From: a virus
IMG/VR virus record: IMGVR_UViG_3300027747_002638
Length of the DNA stretch: 64,000 bases
Reading direction: 5' to 3' (one strand)
The notes beneath the pieces were generated by a model, which saw only the letters and a list, made by a program, of their open reading frames with translations, ran no database searches and was not told the origin of the DNA. Below are positions 1 through 9,353 of this stretch, in pieces (the first letter of the stretch is position 1; every line of letters starts with the position of its first letter). The position numbers and the translations under genes are program-made.

Positions 1-670
1 CTATTACCTGGCGATAAACATTAACGCTATTATTAATTTTACCATTTCCACCTAAAGATTTTAAGTTTTTACTTAATTTTTGAACCTCTTTATCATCTGT
101 TACTATTTCTGCATCTTCTAAAGATTTAGAGTCATTTTTAAGAAGGGCGAGATTATAATCATTAAATCCTAATTCCCAGCTTGCACTTACTTTCATATAA
201 TTTTCACTAGAAGGATCATTGCTTTCTTCTATTAAATTTGATAATTGAGGATTAATAACTTTCCAAATTACTCCACCTAAAGTAATATAAAATGGACCAT
301 TTAAATCTTTTACTTCTGATTCATTAATAAGTTCATTTGTGCCAAATTTGCTAAAACTAGCTGTTAATATGCATCCTATTACTTTACTACGATCATGTTC
401 AATATTAATTGGTTTATTAATGAAATTTTGTGCAATTTCTGATGCAGTAGCAGAGTCTATAACGTCGCCGTTTTTATTTATTCTATTTACAACACATGCA
501 TCAAATGCTATTGGAAGAAGGTCTATATTCTTATCTGTATCAATATCTGGTACAAATTTTTTAAGATTAGATAAAGAGGCTAAAGCTAGATATTTATCTT
601 TTTCTTCACTAACTAATGGTTTAATTTGCAAATTAGCAAATATTGTTGAATTTTTAAATTTATTTTTCAT
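1..670 (-). CDS. Putative prohead (capsid maturation) protease/scaffold, 5' part; runs off the window
   Basis: Open frame read manually from ATG at 670 (MKNKFKNSTIFANLQ...). Contains INKNGD, PINIEH...VIGCI and SASWE motifs typical of phage head proteases. Not in the ORF track because it is truncated. Confidence 0.55.
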   Translation of the reverse strand, partial: MKNKFKNSTIFANLQIKPLVSEEKDKYLALASLSNLKKFVPDIDTDKNIDLLPIAFDACVVNRINKNGDVIDSATASEIAQNFINKPINIEHDRSKVIGCILTASFSKFGTNELINESEVKDLNGPFYITLGGVIWKVINPQLSNLIEESNDPSSENYMKVSASWELGFNDYNLALLKNDSKSLEDAEIVTDDKEVQKLSKNLKSLGGNGKINNSVNVYRQVI

Positions 671-673
671 ATA

Positions 674-1180
674 TTAAATGTCTAATCTATATGTTACACT
701 ATCTTCTTCATCTTCTAGATAAAGATCATCTGCATTTTTAAAATCAAAATCATTGAGCCCAAAAGTTTTAATATCTTCTTGCGCTTTAACGATGTCTTGC
801 TCTTTTGGGTTAAAGCTAGCAGATATAATATAATTATTATTGATTGCTTTTGATAAATTGTTATTTGATCCAATAAAAGATGAAATATCATTTACCATTC
901 TTAAAAACATATTTACTCTTGCTAAAGCGAATTCATTAAAGTTCCCTTCGAGGGGTTCTGAATTTCTATAAACTTTTTTAAGTTGAGAAAAGGTAACTTT
1001 TTTTGAATTATTAGAATTATGATCTTTGCATTTAGCTTTAAGAATTTCTAGTATTTTCTTAGAAAATTCTATAGCTTTATCGTTTTTAATTAATTCAGTA
1101 TTATGATTTTTAGATCCTTTGAAATTTGGCTTGTAATTTTGTACTAATTCAAAGCCCAAATTATCTGAATTATAATTCAT
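674..1180 (-). CDS. Hypothetical phage protein
   Basis: 168 aa ORF with LKKVYR...ALARVNMFL motif; GTGTAT motif just upstream. Confidence 0.7.
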   Translation of the reverse strand: MNYNSDNLGFELVQNYKPNFKGSKNHNTELIKNDKAIEFSKKILEILKAKCKDHNSNNSKKVTFSQLKKVYRNSEPLEGNFNEFALARVNMFLRMVNDISSFIGSNNNLSKAINNNYIISASFNPKEQDIVKAQEDIKTFGLNDFDFKNADDLYLEDEEDSVTYRLDI

Positions 1181-1280
1181 AAATATATATACACTTATAA
1201 CGTATTAAAATTAATTAAATATATAATATTTTTGCTTGTCATGTTGAATTATATTATTATAATGAAATTAAAATATATAT

Positions 1281-1430
1281 CTATTTTTTATATAATTCTT
1301 TTGTTACATCATCCGCAGAACCCATTGTTGGAGTTTCTGGATATTTAGTAGGCAATTCTCTACTATCTAAATTTGGTTCAGAACAAGATATTAATAAAAA
1401 TAGCGGCAATATTAATAATAGTTTTTTCAT
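1281..1430 (-). CDS. Small lipoprotein (possible o-spanin)
   Basis: Manual ORF MKKLLLILPLFLLISCSEPN... with lipobox LISC, directly downstream of the endolysin. Confidence 0.55.
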   Translation of the reverse strand: MKKLLLILPLFLLISCSEPNLDSRELPTKYPETPTMGSADDVTKELYKK

Positions 1431-1438
1431 AATAACTA

Positions 1439-2065
1439 TTACACTTTTAAGGATTCTTCAATTAATTTGGCTTCAGCATCTCGTCTACGACTCATACCTT
1501 TTTCTATGCTGCCACCAATCCATATTCTTTTCATATTTCTTATTTGATTGGCTATAAAGGTAAGTGCTTTTTGATCATAAACTGATACTAATTTCATGCC
1601 ATCTCTTATTAATTTCATTTCACGGCGACGATCACCTTCAAGAGCATTTCCTCTATTAAATACAAGACTAACCAACCCGCCTTTTGCATCTTCTGGAAGA
1701 TTATCAAAATTAGGAAAAGTTTGTTGTGTTAAATTATAGAACTTAGTTACTGTTTTATTATTAAAAACTTGCAATGATAATTCCCAAGGAATAGTTATAT
1801 CTTTTAATCCTCTTATAAGATTCTTAGCGTTGTATCCTTTGATACCAACAACTTTGTATAATCTATCAAAAATTTCTTTAGGAAGATCTTTCCAGTCTTC
1901 GCTAAATTCTGCTTTGTTTACATAACCTAAATCATAACCAACACCAATTGTGACTCCACTTTGTTCTCCTGGCCATGCTGGGTTTTTTAAAAATTTATTA
2001 TAATAGTTTTCGCCACCACCAACTTCAAATTCAAGAATAAGATCTAAGGATTTTTTGCTTAACAT
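1439..2065 (-). CDS. Endolysin, lysozyme-fold muramidase (pesticin/GH24-like)
   Basis: LILEFE...SGVTIGVGYDLG, LVSLVFNRG and C-terminal GMSRRRDAEA motifs. Confidence 0.8.
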   Translation of the reverse strand: MLSKKSLDLILEFEVGGGENYYNKFLKNPAWPGEQSGVTIGVGYDLGYVNKAEFSEDWKDLPKEIFDRLYKVVGIKGYNAKNLIRGLKDITIPWELSLQVFNNKTVTKFYNLTQQTFPNFDNLPEDAKGGLVSLVFNRGNALEGDRRREMKLIRDGMKLVSVYDQKALTFIANQIRNMKRIWIGGSIEKGMSRRRDAEAKLIEESLKV

Positions 2066-2068
2066 ATT

Positions 2069-3568
2069 TTAATATATATTGTATTTAGCATTCAAATATG
2101 CCTCAACTTGCTGGCGTTCTGATATTGTTAATGCTCTATTGTAAAATATAACTTCAGCAAGATCGCCCTTAAATCCTCCGTATTCTGCTGACCATGGAGT
2201 TGAATCGCTACCACCATTTCCGATTCCAATTGCTATGTTTAATTGATTTATAGCACTAACAGAAGCAGATTCAGATGCTAAAGATCCGTTGACAAAATAC
2301 TTTTGTGAATTGTTTGTTATGCTTTGTATGCCACATACAATAGACCAACTTGTACTTGCTGGTTCTTGATATAAAAAACTCCAGTTGTAATCACTCCCCA
2401 TAACTCCAAATGCAGATGTTGTTGGGTCTGATGAGATAAATCTTGGTGATATTGCAAATTGGCTTCCTTCCGCAGTTGCTAAGTCTCCTTTTGATATAAG
2501 TTCCGCCCAAGTATTGTTTGTATTGTCGTATTTGTGAACTGTAAAAATTGTAAATTCTCCATTATTACCAAATGTTGTTGGGGCTGTTCTTAAAATTGTA
2601 GGATTATTACTATTTCCAAAACGCAAAATTGGTTTACCATTTTTAACATTTGATACAAGAGTTGGATTTATGCCATTGGTTACATTCCCATTTGCGCTAA
2701 ATCCACTCTCACTCTGATCTGCCCAAGCTGTTACATCTGAACCAGAAAGCGTAACGCCAGCATCAGCCTTGAGCCAAAGACTTAACCCTTGTAAGGCGTT
2801 TGGTGCAAATGGTTTTTTATATAATGATATTTTTCCACCACCAAGATTTTGTTTTTTAATTGAAATTTTAGTATTTAAAAACTTTCCAGCTCCACTATTG
2901 TAAAGAGTAGTTATTTCCTCTTGAGTTAATGCTCTATCCCATACTCCTACTTCATCTATTTTTCCATCTAAAGCAAGAGGATTAAATTCATTATCATTAT
3001 AATTTATATCTGTATAATATCTACCAAAAAGAAATCTATCTATATCTGGAGCTAAAATTGATCCAGAGTATTCAGATGAACCAACAGATGTTCCATTAAC
3101 GTATAATATGCCGATACTTCCATCAAAAGTTAAAACCAAATGATACCAAACATCTGTATCTGGGATAATGCCACTATCAATTCCATTTGTCCAATATCCA
3201 TTTTCTGTAGTAAACCAAGATGTTATTTGGTTATTGGTTTCAATTATAAATGGATATGTTGATTGATAATCTTCTGTTCCACCTTGACCCCAAATAATCT
3301 GATACCCAATATCATTTGAATTAAAATATACCCAACAAGAATAAGTTCTTTTTCCAGAAAGTGGAGCAAGACCAGATGGAGTAATTAAATAATCATTACC
3401 AGAAAATCCGCTTGCAGAATTTCCTATCAATCCAGCAGGATTTGAAAGTGAGCCAACAAGTGTAAGATTTCTTCCGTTGCTACTTGAATCAGTCCAGCTG
3501 ATATCATCTAATTTCCAATATGCTAAAATTCCAGCAAATAACGAAGATGATGTGGATAAATAACCCAT
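2069..3568 (-). CDS. Two-domain LamG/concanavalin-A-like protein (virion/adhesin)
   Basis: AYWKLD...WYHLVLTFDG...GKIDEVGVWDRAL and LWLKADAG...FKGDLAEVIFYNRAL...VEAYLNAKY. Confidence 0.85.
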   Translation of the reverse strand: MGYLSTSSSLFAGILAYWKLDDISWTDSSSNGRNLTLVGSLSNPAGLIGNSASGFSGNDYLITPSGLAPLSGKRTYSCWVYFNSNDIGYQIIWGQGGTEDYQSTYPFIIETNNQITSWFTTENGYWTNGIDSGIIPDTDVWYHLVLTFDGSIGILYVNGTSVGSSEYSGSILAPDIDRFLFGRYYTDINYNDNEFNPLALDGKIDEVGVWDRALTQEEITTLYNSGAGKFLNTKISIKKQNLGGGKISLYKKPFAPNALQGLSLWLKADAGVTLSGSDVTAWADQSESGFSANGNVTNGINPTLVSNVKNGKPILRFGNSNNPTILRTAPTTFGNNGEFTIFTVHKYDNTNNTWAELISKGDLATAEGSQFAISPRFISSDPTTSAFGVMGSDYNWSFLYQEPASTSWSIVCGIQSITNNSQKYFVNGSLASESASVSAINQLNIAIGIGNGGSDSTPWSAEYGGFKGDLAEVIFYNRALTISERQQVEAYLNAKYNIY

Positions 3569-3572
3569 TTTT

Positions 3573-3989
3573 TTAATTATTTATTTTATCTATGGTCTTG
3601 TCTATGATATTATCTGCTGGGACTTTTTCTTTTAACCAACTATTAAGAACTCCAAAATAAACAAGATGTTCACTATTAATTAAAAATAATTCATTACCAA
3701 AACTATCCTTATAAGGTTTAATTCCAGAATCTTCAACTAGATCAATTGCTTTTTCTTTTTTGAATTTGATTCTATACATTTTAATTAAATTATTATAACG
3801 TTCACGCGCTTGACAAGTAATAAGAGCATCATCACCAATAAAAGAAATTAATCCGCCGTTATCTTTTTGATATTGCTTTGGGGTGCTTGCATCGTATGAA
3901 GATTTGTCATCTTCTATTTTATTTGGTGTCACAGTAGCGCAACCAATTAGAAAAAAATTAAGAGCTAATACGCTTGCGAACTTCTTCAA
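3573..3989 (-). CDS. Lipoprotein, spanin candidate
   Basis: Signal peptide with lipobox LIGC; overlaps the upstream 66 aa gene. Confidence 0.6.
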   Translation of the reverse strand: MKKFASVLALNFFLIGCATVTPNKIEDDKSSYDASTPKQYQKDNGGLISFIGDDALITCQARERYNNLIKMYRIKFKKEKAIDLVEDSGIKPYKDSFGNELFLINSEHLVYFGVLNSWLKEKVPADNIIDKTIDKINN

Positions 3990-4158
3990 GATTTTTCTCC
4001 TGCACTTCTTTTTCTATTTCACTTTGATAGTGGACTTCTTTTTGAGCTTCTTGACGCTCTTTCATTTCTTTTGTATTCTTTGCGCCGAATACGTTATTAA
4101 TTGCTGAGAATATTCCAGATACTGCTGATAGTAAAGCTTGGAGTATTCCAGTTGGCAT
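3958..4158 (-). CDS. Small membrane-anchored coiled-coil protein (i-spanin-like)
   Basis: Hydrophobic N-terminus plus E/K-rich helix, in the lysis cluster. Confidence 0.45.
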   Translation of the reverse strand: MPTGILQALLSAVSGIFSAINNVFGAKNTKEMKERQEAQKEVHYQSEIEKEVQEKNLEEVRKRISS

Positions 4159-4160
4159 GA

Positions 4161-4610
4161 TTACTCTACGTAACTTGCTGTAGCATCTTTACATCCAGAT
4201 GCAATAGCGTTAAGTACCTTAATAGCCAATGCAGTATTTCCATCAATTCTAGCAAATTGTTGAGCGTAGATATCTTTAATAACACTAACGTAATTTACCC
4301 AATGAGTTTTTTCTTGTGGAAGATAATCATTAAGAGCTTTTTGTAATTCTAGTGGAGTTGGTGCTATTCCAGCTGTTAGCCCTTCAACAATCGCTGCTAC
4401 ATGATTAATCATTTTGGCTTTTTCAACTCTATCATCACCAGAAACCGCTTGATCAAGGACAACCGTACAAGCTAATACAACTGCTGGTTTAACATAAGGA
4501 AGAGCGTTGGTAACACTTGTTGCTGCATCAACTTGACCAGTTGGAGTTGTAGCACAAGCACCAAGAAATACGCTCAAAAGAGCAACTGCAATTAAATTTA
4601 ATTTATTCAT
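4161..4610 (-). CDS. Lipoprotein
   Basis: Lipobox LGAC after a hydrophobic stretch. Confidence 0.65.
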   Translation of the reverse strand: MNKLNLIAVALLSVFLGACATTPTGQVDAATSVTNALPYVKPAVVLACTVVLDQAVSGDDRVEKAKMINHVAAIVEGLTAGIAPTPLELQKALNDYLPQEKTHWVNYVSVIKDIYAQQFARIDGNTALAIKVLNAIASGCKDATASYVE

Positions 4611-4888
4611 ATGTTTTCTCCAGTTCTTTTTTCTGCTTCGTTTGTTTGAGCTACTGTTCCACCAGTAACTGCTGCATCTTTTACTGTTAATGCAAAAACT
4701 ATACCACTAACAACTGCTACTAATTTTGAAATTCCAAGAATATAAACTTCTGCATTATCTGGAAGAAAAGCTACTAATGAAGGATCCGAATGAATTGCTA
4801 TTGCTGTACAAACTGCTACAACTGTGGCTATTCCAGATGAGCTAGATCTCCAATTAGGGCCAAATATTTTAGATAACATAGTTTTCAT
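4607..4888 (-). CDS. Putative holin
   Basis: 93 aa with two hydrophobic segments; first gene of the lysis cluster. Confidence 0.5.
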   Translation of the reverse strand: MKTMLSKIFGPNWRSSSSGIATVVAVCTAIAIHSDPSLVAFLPDNAEVYILGISKLVAVVSGIVFALTVKDAAVTGGTVAQTNEAEKRTGENI

Positions 4889-4920
4889 AATATATTACAC
4901 TATATTATATGTATTAAAAA

Positions 4921-6126
4921 TTAAAATATCAATACTTTCTTTCTATTATTCAAAACACCATATAACACATTTCCACTAGCGAATATTCCTCTATTTCCAA
5001 AAGTTGGATCCAGTTCAAAATTAAAATTTAATGATGCTGTTTTATTCTTACCTATAGAAGAGTCATAACTAATATTATCAAATTTACAACCACTAAAAAT
5101 TAATTTTGTTGGGTAAACGCCAGATTTGTTTGTATTAAAATCAACAACAACATTATAATCATCATCGCGATTTAAAGTGTCAAAAAATGAACCACTTAGA
5201 TTTTCTTCTACAATAAAGCTTGTGCTTAATTTTCCATTGACTGGAAATGATAATTTTCTTCCTAATGGAAATTTATAATTTAATGATCTTAAAGCATTTC
5301 TTTGAAAAGCTAATGAATATTCTAAACTTTGAATTGTATCTGTGTAAAATAAAACTCCAGTAGTATTATTTGTATAAAAAGTAACACTAGCATCTCCTGG
5401 TAGGAGAATATTTTGTCCACTTATTCCAGTTTGATAATAATTTAAAGCTTGCGGAATTATTATTTGATCAGTTTGAGGTTGATTTATTCCAGATTTTAAA
5501 TCTAGTGTTGTATAACGTATTCCACTGCCACTTATATAAAAATTAATATTATCAGAAACATAAGATTGAGTTACTATTGGTATTGAGTCAACCGATACCC
5601 TAAAATTATAATCTGTTAAGTAGCAATTTTGAAAATTTAAAACTGCATAATTATTTGAATTTGGATCAATAACATCATTAACCGTAGTTGGATTTATATC
5701 TAGATTTGTTAAAGTATAGTTACCATATAAATCATTTTCATTTTTATTTATCACAAGATAAAAATCTTTTTCGTCTGTAATTGAGTTATCTTGGCATAAT
5801 CCAGAAAACATTGGGGCATTAAATCCAGAAAAATGATTAACGTTAAAATTTAATCTATTTTCATTTGTAACTCCATCTGGAATATACGAAAAACTAAAAT
5901 TTACAGTTGGAGAATTTAAATCATTTCTAAATATACTTTTATTAACACCAAAACCTATAAGACCTATTCGAGATTGATCGATTGAATAATTGAAATTTTG
6001 TATTTTTTCTAATCTTTTGAGTATTTGATAACCATTTAAATAATAATCCGTAGATGCATTTTGTTCTCCAGAATAAGGAGCAAAATATAGTCCTTGTGTA
6101 TTATATATTATTCTATTCCTTGGCAT
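4921..6126 (-). CDS. Virion structural protein, tail-tube-like
   Basis: Beta-rich 401 aa with two IQxFxYS-like halves; late-region context. Confidence 0.45.
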   Translation of the reverse strand: MPRNRIIYNTQGLYFAPYSGEQNASTDYYLNGYQILKRLEKIQNFNYSIDQSRIGLIGFGVNKSIFRNDLNSPTVNFSFSYIPDGVTNENRLNFNVNHFSGFNAPMFSGLCQDNSITDEKDFYLVINKNENDLYGNYTLTNLDINPTTVNDVIDPNSNNYAVLNFQNCYLTDYNFRVSVDSIPIVTQSYVSDNINFYISGSGIRYTTLDLKSGINQPQTDQIIIPQALNYYQTGISGQNILLPGDASVTFYTNNTTGVLFYTDTIQSLEYSLAFQRNALRSLNYKFPLGRKLSFPVNGKLSTSFIVEENLSGSFFDTLNRDDDYNVVVDFNTNKSGVYPTKLIFSGCKFDNISYDSSIGKNKTASLNFNFELDPTFGNRGIFASGNVLYGVLNNRKKVLIF

Positions 6127-6199
6127 ACCTTTTACCTTAATAAATTTACACTATAAATGAATTTATAGAATAAAAGTAATTTTCTCTGTATAATATATT

Positions 6200-6637
6200 A
6201 TGAAAAAATATTGCATAAATTGTGGTTCTGGAACCGAATTCTCTTCTGTTAAGCCTAAATTTTGTAGTGGGTGTGGGCATAACTTTGATACATCTTTTGC
6301 TGGGGTTAAACCACCAGTTAAGCAGACGATAGAAAGAAAAATAAAACCAAATATATCTTTAGATAATACTATTGAAATTGATAATGATGACGATTTTGAC
6401 CATGATGATGTTAATCATGTCCCTAATATAAATGAATTAAATGTAGATTGTGAAGTTCAAAAATACCAAGGCATTAAATTCAATAAAATGATGGATAGTC
6501 CAATTAATCCATCTTTTGGATCTATTAAAAAAGAAAAAATAAAAGGAAAGAAAGTGTCAAAAAAAGACGCTCAAGAGTTCTTTGATAATTTCTCAAAAGA
6601 AGCTGGAGCAATAAGACCTAAGAATAAAAGAAAATAA
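6200..6637 (+). CDS. Zinc-ribbon protein
   Basis: YCINCG...KFCSGCG at the N-terminus. Confidence 0.7.
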   Translation: MKKYCINCGSGTEFSSVKPKFCSGCGHNFDTSFAGVKPPVKQTIERKIKPNISLDNTIEIDNDDDFDHDDVNHVPNINELNVDCEVQKYQGIKFNKMMDSPINPSFGSIKKEKIKGKKVSKKDAQEFFDNFSKEAGAIRPKNKRK

Positions 6638-6638
6638 A

Positions 6639-7325
6639 ATGCCAGCAAAGAAATCTAATTTTGAGTCAAAAATCGATGAGATTAATGCTGAGATTTTTAA
6701 AAGAAAACATAAATGGAGTTTGACTTCTTTATCGTGGCTTGACTTTAGTGATGTAGCTCAAATATTAAGAATACATATATATAAAAAGTGGCACTTATAC
6801 GATCAAGATAAAAAGCTTGCTCCTTGGGTAAATAGAATAATCAGTAATCAAATTAAAAATTTAATAAGAAATAATTATGGTAATTTTTCTAGACCTTGCT
6901 TGAAGTGTTCTGCTGCAGAGGGCGAAGATCTATGTAACATATATGGCAAACAATGTAATAACTGTCCACTTTACGCAAGATGGACAAAAAGTAAAAAAAA
7001 TGCATATGATACAAAGCTACCTGTTAGTCTTGAAAATCATACTCAAGAAGTTCATGATATGGTATATGATTCTATAGATATAGAAAAGAACGCAGAAGTT
7101 ATACATAAGAAAATGTTGAATACATTAAAACCTCTAGAAGCAAAATTTTATAAATTAGTTTACATTGAACATAAATCTGAAGAAGATGCTGCTAAACATA
7201 TGGGTTACAAAACTTCAGAAAAAAATAGAAAAATTGGATACAAGCAAGTTAAGAACTTAAAGAAATCCATAATGATAAAAGTTAAAAAACTTATATATAA
7301 TGGAGATATAGATTTAGATGTATGA
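6639..7325 (+). CDS. Phage sigma70-family sigma factor with Cys-rich insertion
   Basis: Region-2-like DFSDVAQILRIHIYKKWHLYD...WVNRIISNQIKNLIR; CLKC..C..CNNC insert; region-4-like HTH LKPLEAKFYKLVYIEHKSEEDAAKHMG. Confidence 0.7.
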   Translation: MPAKKSNFESKIDEINAEIFKRKHKWSLTSLSWLDFSDVAQILRIHIYKKWHLYDQDKKLAPWVNRIISNQIKNLIRNNYGNFSRPCLKCSAAEGEDLCNIYGKQCNNCPLYARWTKSKKNAYDTKLPVSLENHTQEVHDMVYDSIDIEKNAEVIHKKMLNTLKPLEAKFYKLVYIEHKSEEDAAKHMGYKTSEKNRKIGYKQVKNLKKSIMIKVKKLIYNGDIDLDV

Positions 7326-8413
7326 ATGATGAATTGTCTTTAACTGAAGAGCAGCAATTAAAACTACTCGAAGAGTGGAATCGTAGACCAGATAATCCAC
7401 CAGCTTTAACTGAGTTAGTTAAATTAGCTTTTGATCGTGATGATTTAGACGGAAGAAGCAAAGAAGGAAAAGCTGTAAAAAGTTTTCTAGCTTCAAGACA
7501 AATTAAACCAAGGAAAAGTCACGAATACCAAGCTAAAGGTCTTATAGAATTAACAGAAGATCAAAAAGAATACATTAGTAATAATTGTGCAACTATGACT
7601 GGAATTGAAATAGCTAAAATTTTATTTAAAAATGAATCATTAACTAATCTTTCTCAAGAAACAAGAAGTATTCTTGATTATATGAAAACTATACCTAGTA
7701 ATATTAAATATCTTAATGATACAAATGAAAATATTGCTACAGAAACTTATAAAGCTCCACGAAGCGAAGAAAGAATGGTTGTTAAAATCAATAAATATAT
7801 ATTAGATGGAATAGATAAAGAAAAGATTACTCCAAGGCAAAAGAAAGAGGTGAACTCTTTAATTGGTTATATGAATACATATAGATTTACCCATCAAATT
7901 AATCTTTATGATGATGAGAATGATAGGGATCTTTTTGAAAGTAGTTTTGTAAGATATACTTACGATAAAAGTGATTTAACTCAAGAAGAAGTTGATCAAT
8001 ATATTGTTCTTGCAACAGAAGTAGTCATATCTTCAAGTATTCAACAAACAATTACAACTCTTCAAAATCAAATTGATCTTGCAACTCAAGAAGATGGTAA
8101 AATTCCAATGACTTTAGTAGAAGCTAGTAGTACAGCTAGAAAAGAATACAATGATTGTGTAAATCGCCAACAAAAATTATTACAAGATCTTAAAGTCAAA
8201 AGAAGCGAAAGACTTAGCAAACAAGTTAAGGAAAATGCAAGTATTCTAAATCTTGTAGAAATGTGGAAACAAGAAGAGTCTAGACAAAAATTATTAAAAA
8301 TAGCAGAGCTAAGAAAAAATAGTATTAAGAAAGAGATCGAAAGACTTGGAACTATGGATGAAATAAAAGCTAGGATACTTGGAATATCAGAAGATGATAT
8401 TTTAAATGGATAA
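7322..8413 (+). CDS. Hypothetical helical protein (terminase small subunit candidate)
   Basis: 363 aa with coiled-coil C-terminus, two genes upstream of TerL; function by position only. Confidence 0.5.
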   Translation: MNDELSLTEEQQLKLLEEWNRRPDNPPALTELVKLAFDRDDLDGRSKEGKAVKSFLASRQIKPRKSHEYQAKGLIELTEDQKEYISNNCATMTGIEIAKILFKNESLTNLSQETRSILDYMKTIPSNIKYLNDTNENIATETYKAPRSEERMVVKINKYILDGIDKEKITPRQKKEVNSLIGYMNTYRFTHQINLYDDENDRDLFESSFVRYTYDKSDLTQEEVDQYIVLATEVVISSSIQQTITTLQNQIDLATQEDGKIPMTLVEASSTARKEYNDCVNRQQKLLQDLKVKRSERLSKQVKENASILNLVEMWKQEESRQKLLKIAELRKNSIKKEIERLGTMDEIKARILGISEDDILNG

Positions 8414-9353
8414 ATTTATGTCAGTTATATGTAAAGTAGATGGAAAAGAATTTGCAAGTGATAAAGCTTTACATATGTCACTTAAAGGTTATGGTTTGAA
8501 TAAAGTTAAATATTATCAAACATATTTTGAACGAAGAGATCTTCTAACTAACGAGCTTATTAATTTCAAAACTAAAGAGCAATATTTGAATAGTGATTTC
8601 AATGATAAAAATAATATGAAAAAATGGCTTAAGCAACAATCAGTTGAAAAAGCTCAAGAATATTGCAAGCAATTATTATCCAAAAGAAAACATGAGAAAA
8701 ATTTAACTTATAGTCCTTCACAAGTAGAATTAAGAACAATTATGGCCCCGTCGATTGTTTTTTATAATAAAATATTTAATGATTATTATGATGTTTGCTC
8801 AAGTCTCGGCTTAGAGAATAAATTTATTCACCCAAATAACATAACTGATCAATTTAAAAATAAATTAAATAAAAAATCAATTATCTATGTTGATACAAGA
8901 GAACAGAGTTGGTTAAAATTTGATACAAAGTTTGAAATTAAAACATTACCTTTCGGAGATTACTCTTGCAGTAATGATAATTGTAAATGTTTTATAGAAA
9001 GAAAAAGTTTAAGTGATTTTATCAGTACATTAAGCGTTAAAAACTTTGATAGATTTAAAAACGAAATAGATCGAGCAAAGAAAAGTGGAGCATATTTAAT
9101 TGTTGTAGTAGAAGAAAAGTTGGCTAACGCATTAAGCTTTCAGTACCTTCCGCATATTAGTAAAAAAATTAAAGCTACTCCAGAATATATATTTCATAAT
9201 GTTCGAGAGTTACTTCAGAACTATGATAATCTACAATTTCTTTTTGTAGATGGAAGAGGAGAGATGACAAGGGTAATTGAGTCTATTTTTACATCAAATT
9301 GTTTTTATAAACAAGTAGATCTTCAATTAGCTTATGACCTAAAACTATTATGA
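8406..9353 (+). CDS. ERCC4/XPF-family nuclease
   Basis: VDTREQ...GDY...IERKSLSDF catalytic motifs. Confidence 0.85.
   Translation: MDKFMSVICKVDGKEFASDKALHMSLKGYGLNKVKYYQTYFERRDLLTNELINFKTKEQYLNSDFNDKNNMKKWLKQQSVEKAQEYCKQLLSKRKHEKNLTYSPSQVELRTIMAPSIVFYNKIFNDYYDVCSSLGLENKFIHPNNITDQFKNKLNKKSIIYVDTREQSWLKFDTKFEIKTLPFGDYSCSNDNCKCFIERKSLSDFISTLSVKNFDRFKNEIDRAKKSGAYLIVVVEEKLANALSFQYLPHISKKIKATPEYIFHNVRELLQNYDNLQFLFVDGRGEMTRVIESIFTSNCFYKQVDLQLAYDLKLL

Noticed and set aside
339-677. 112 aa + strand ORF, and similar antisense ORFs (e.g. 9963-10202, 12334-12564, 22853-23227, 30724-31014, 32491-32778, 53668-53976)
   Set aside because: These are shadows of better-supported genes on the opposite strand, with no motifs or promoters.
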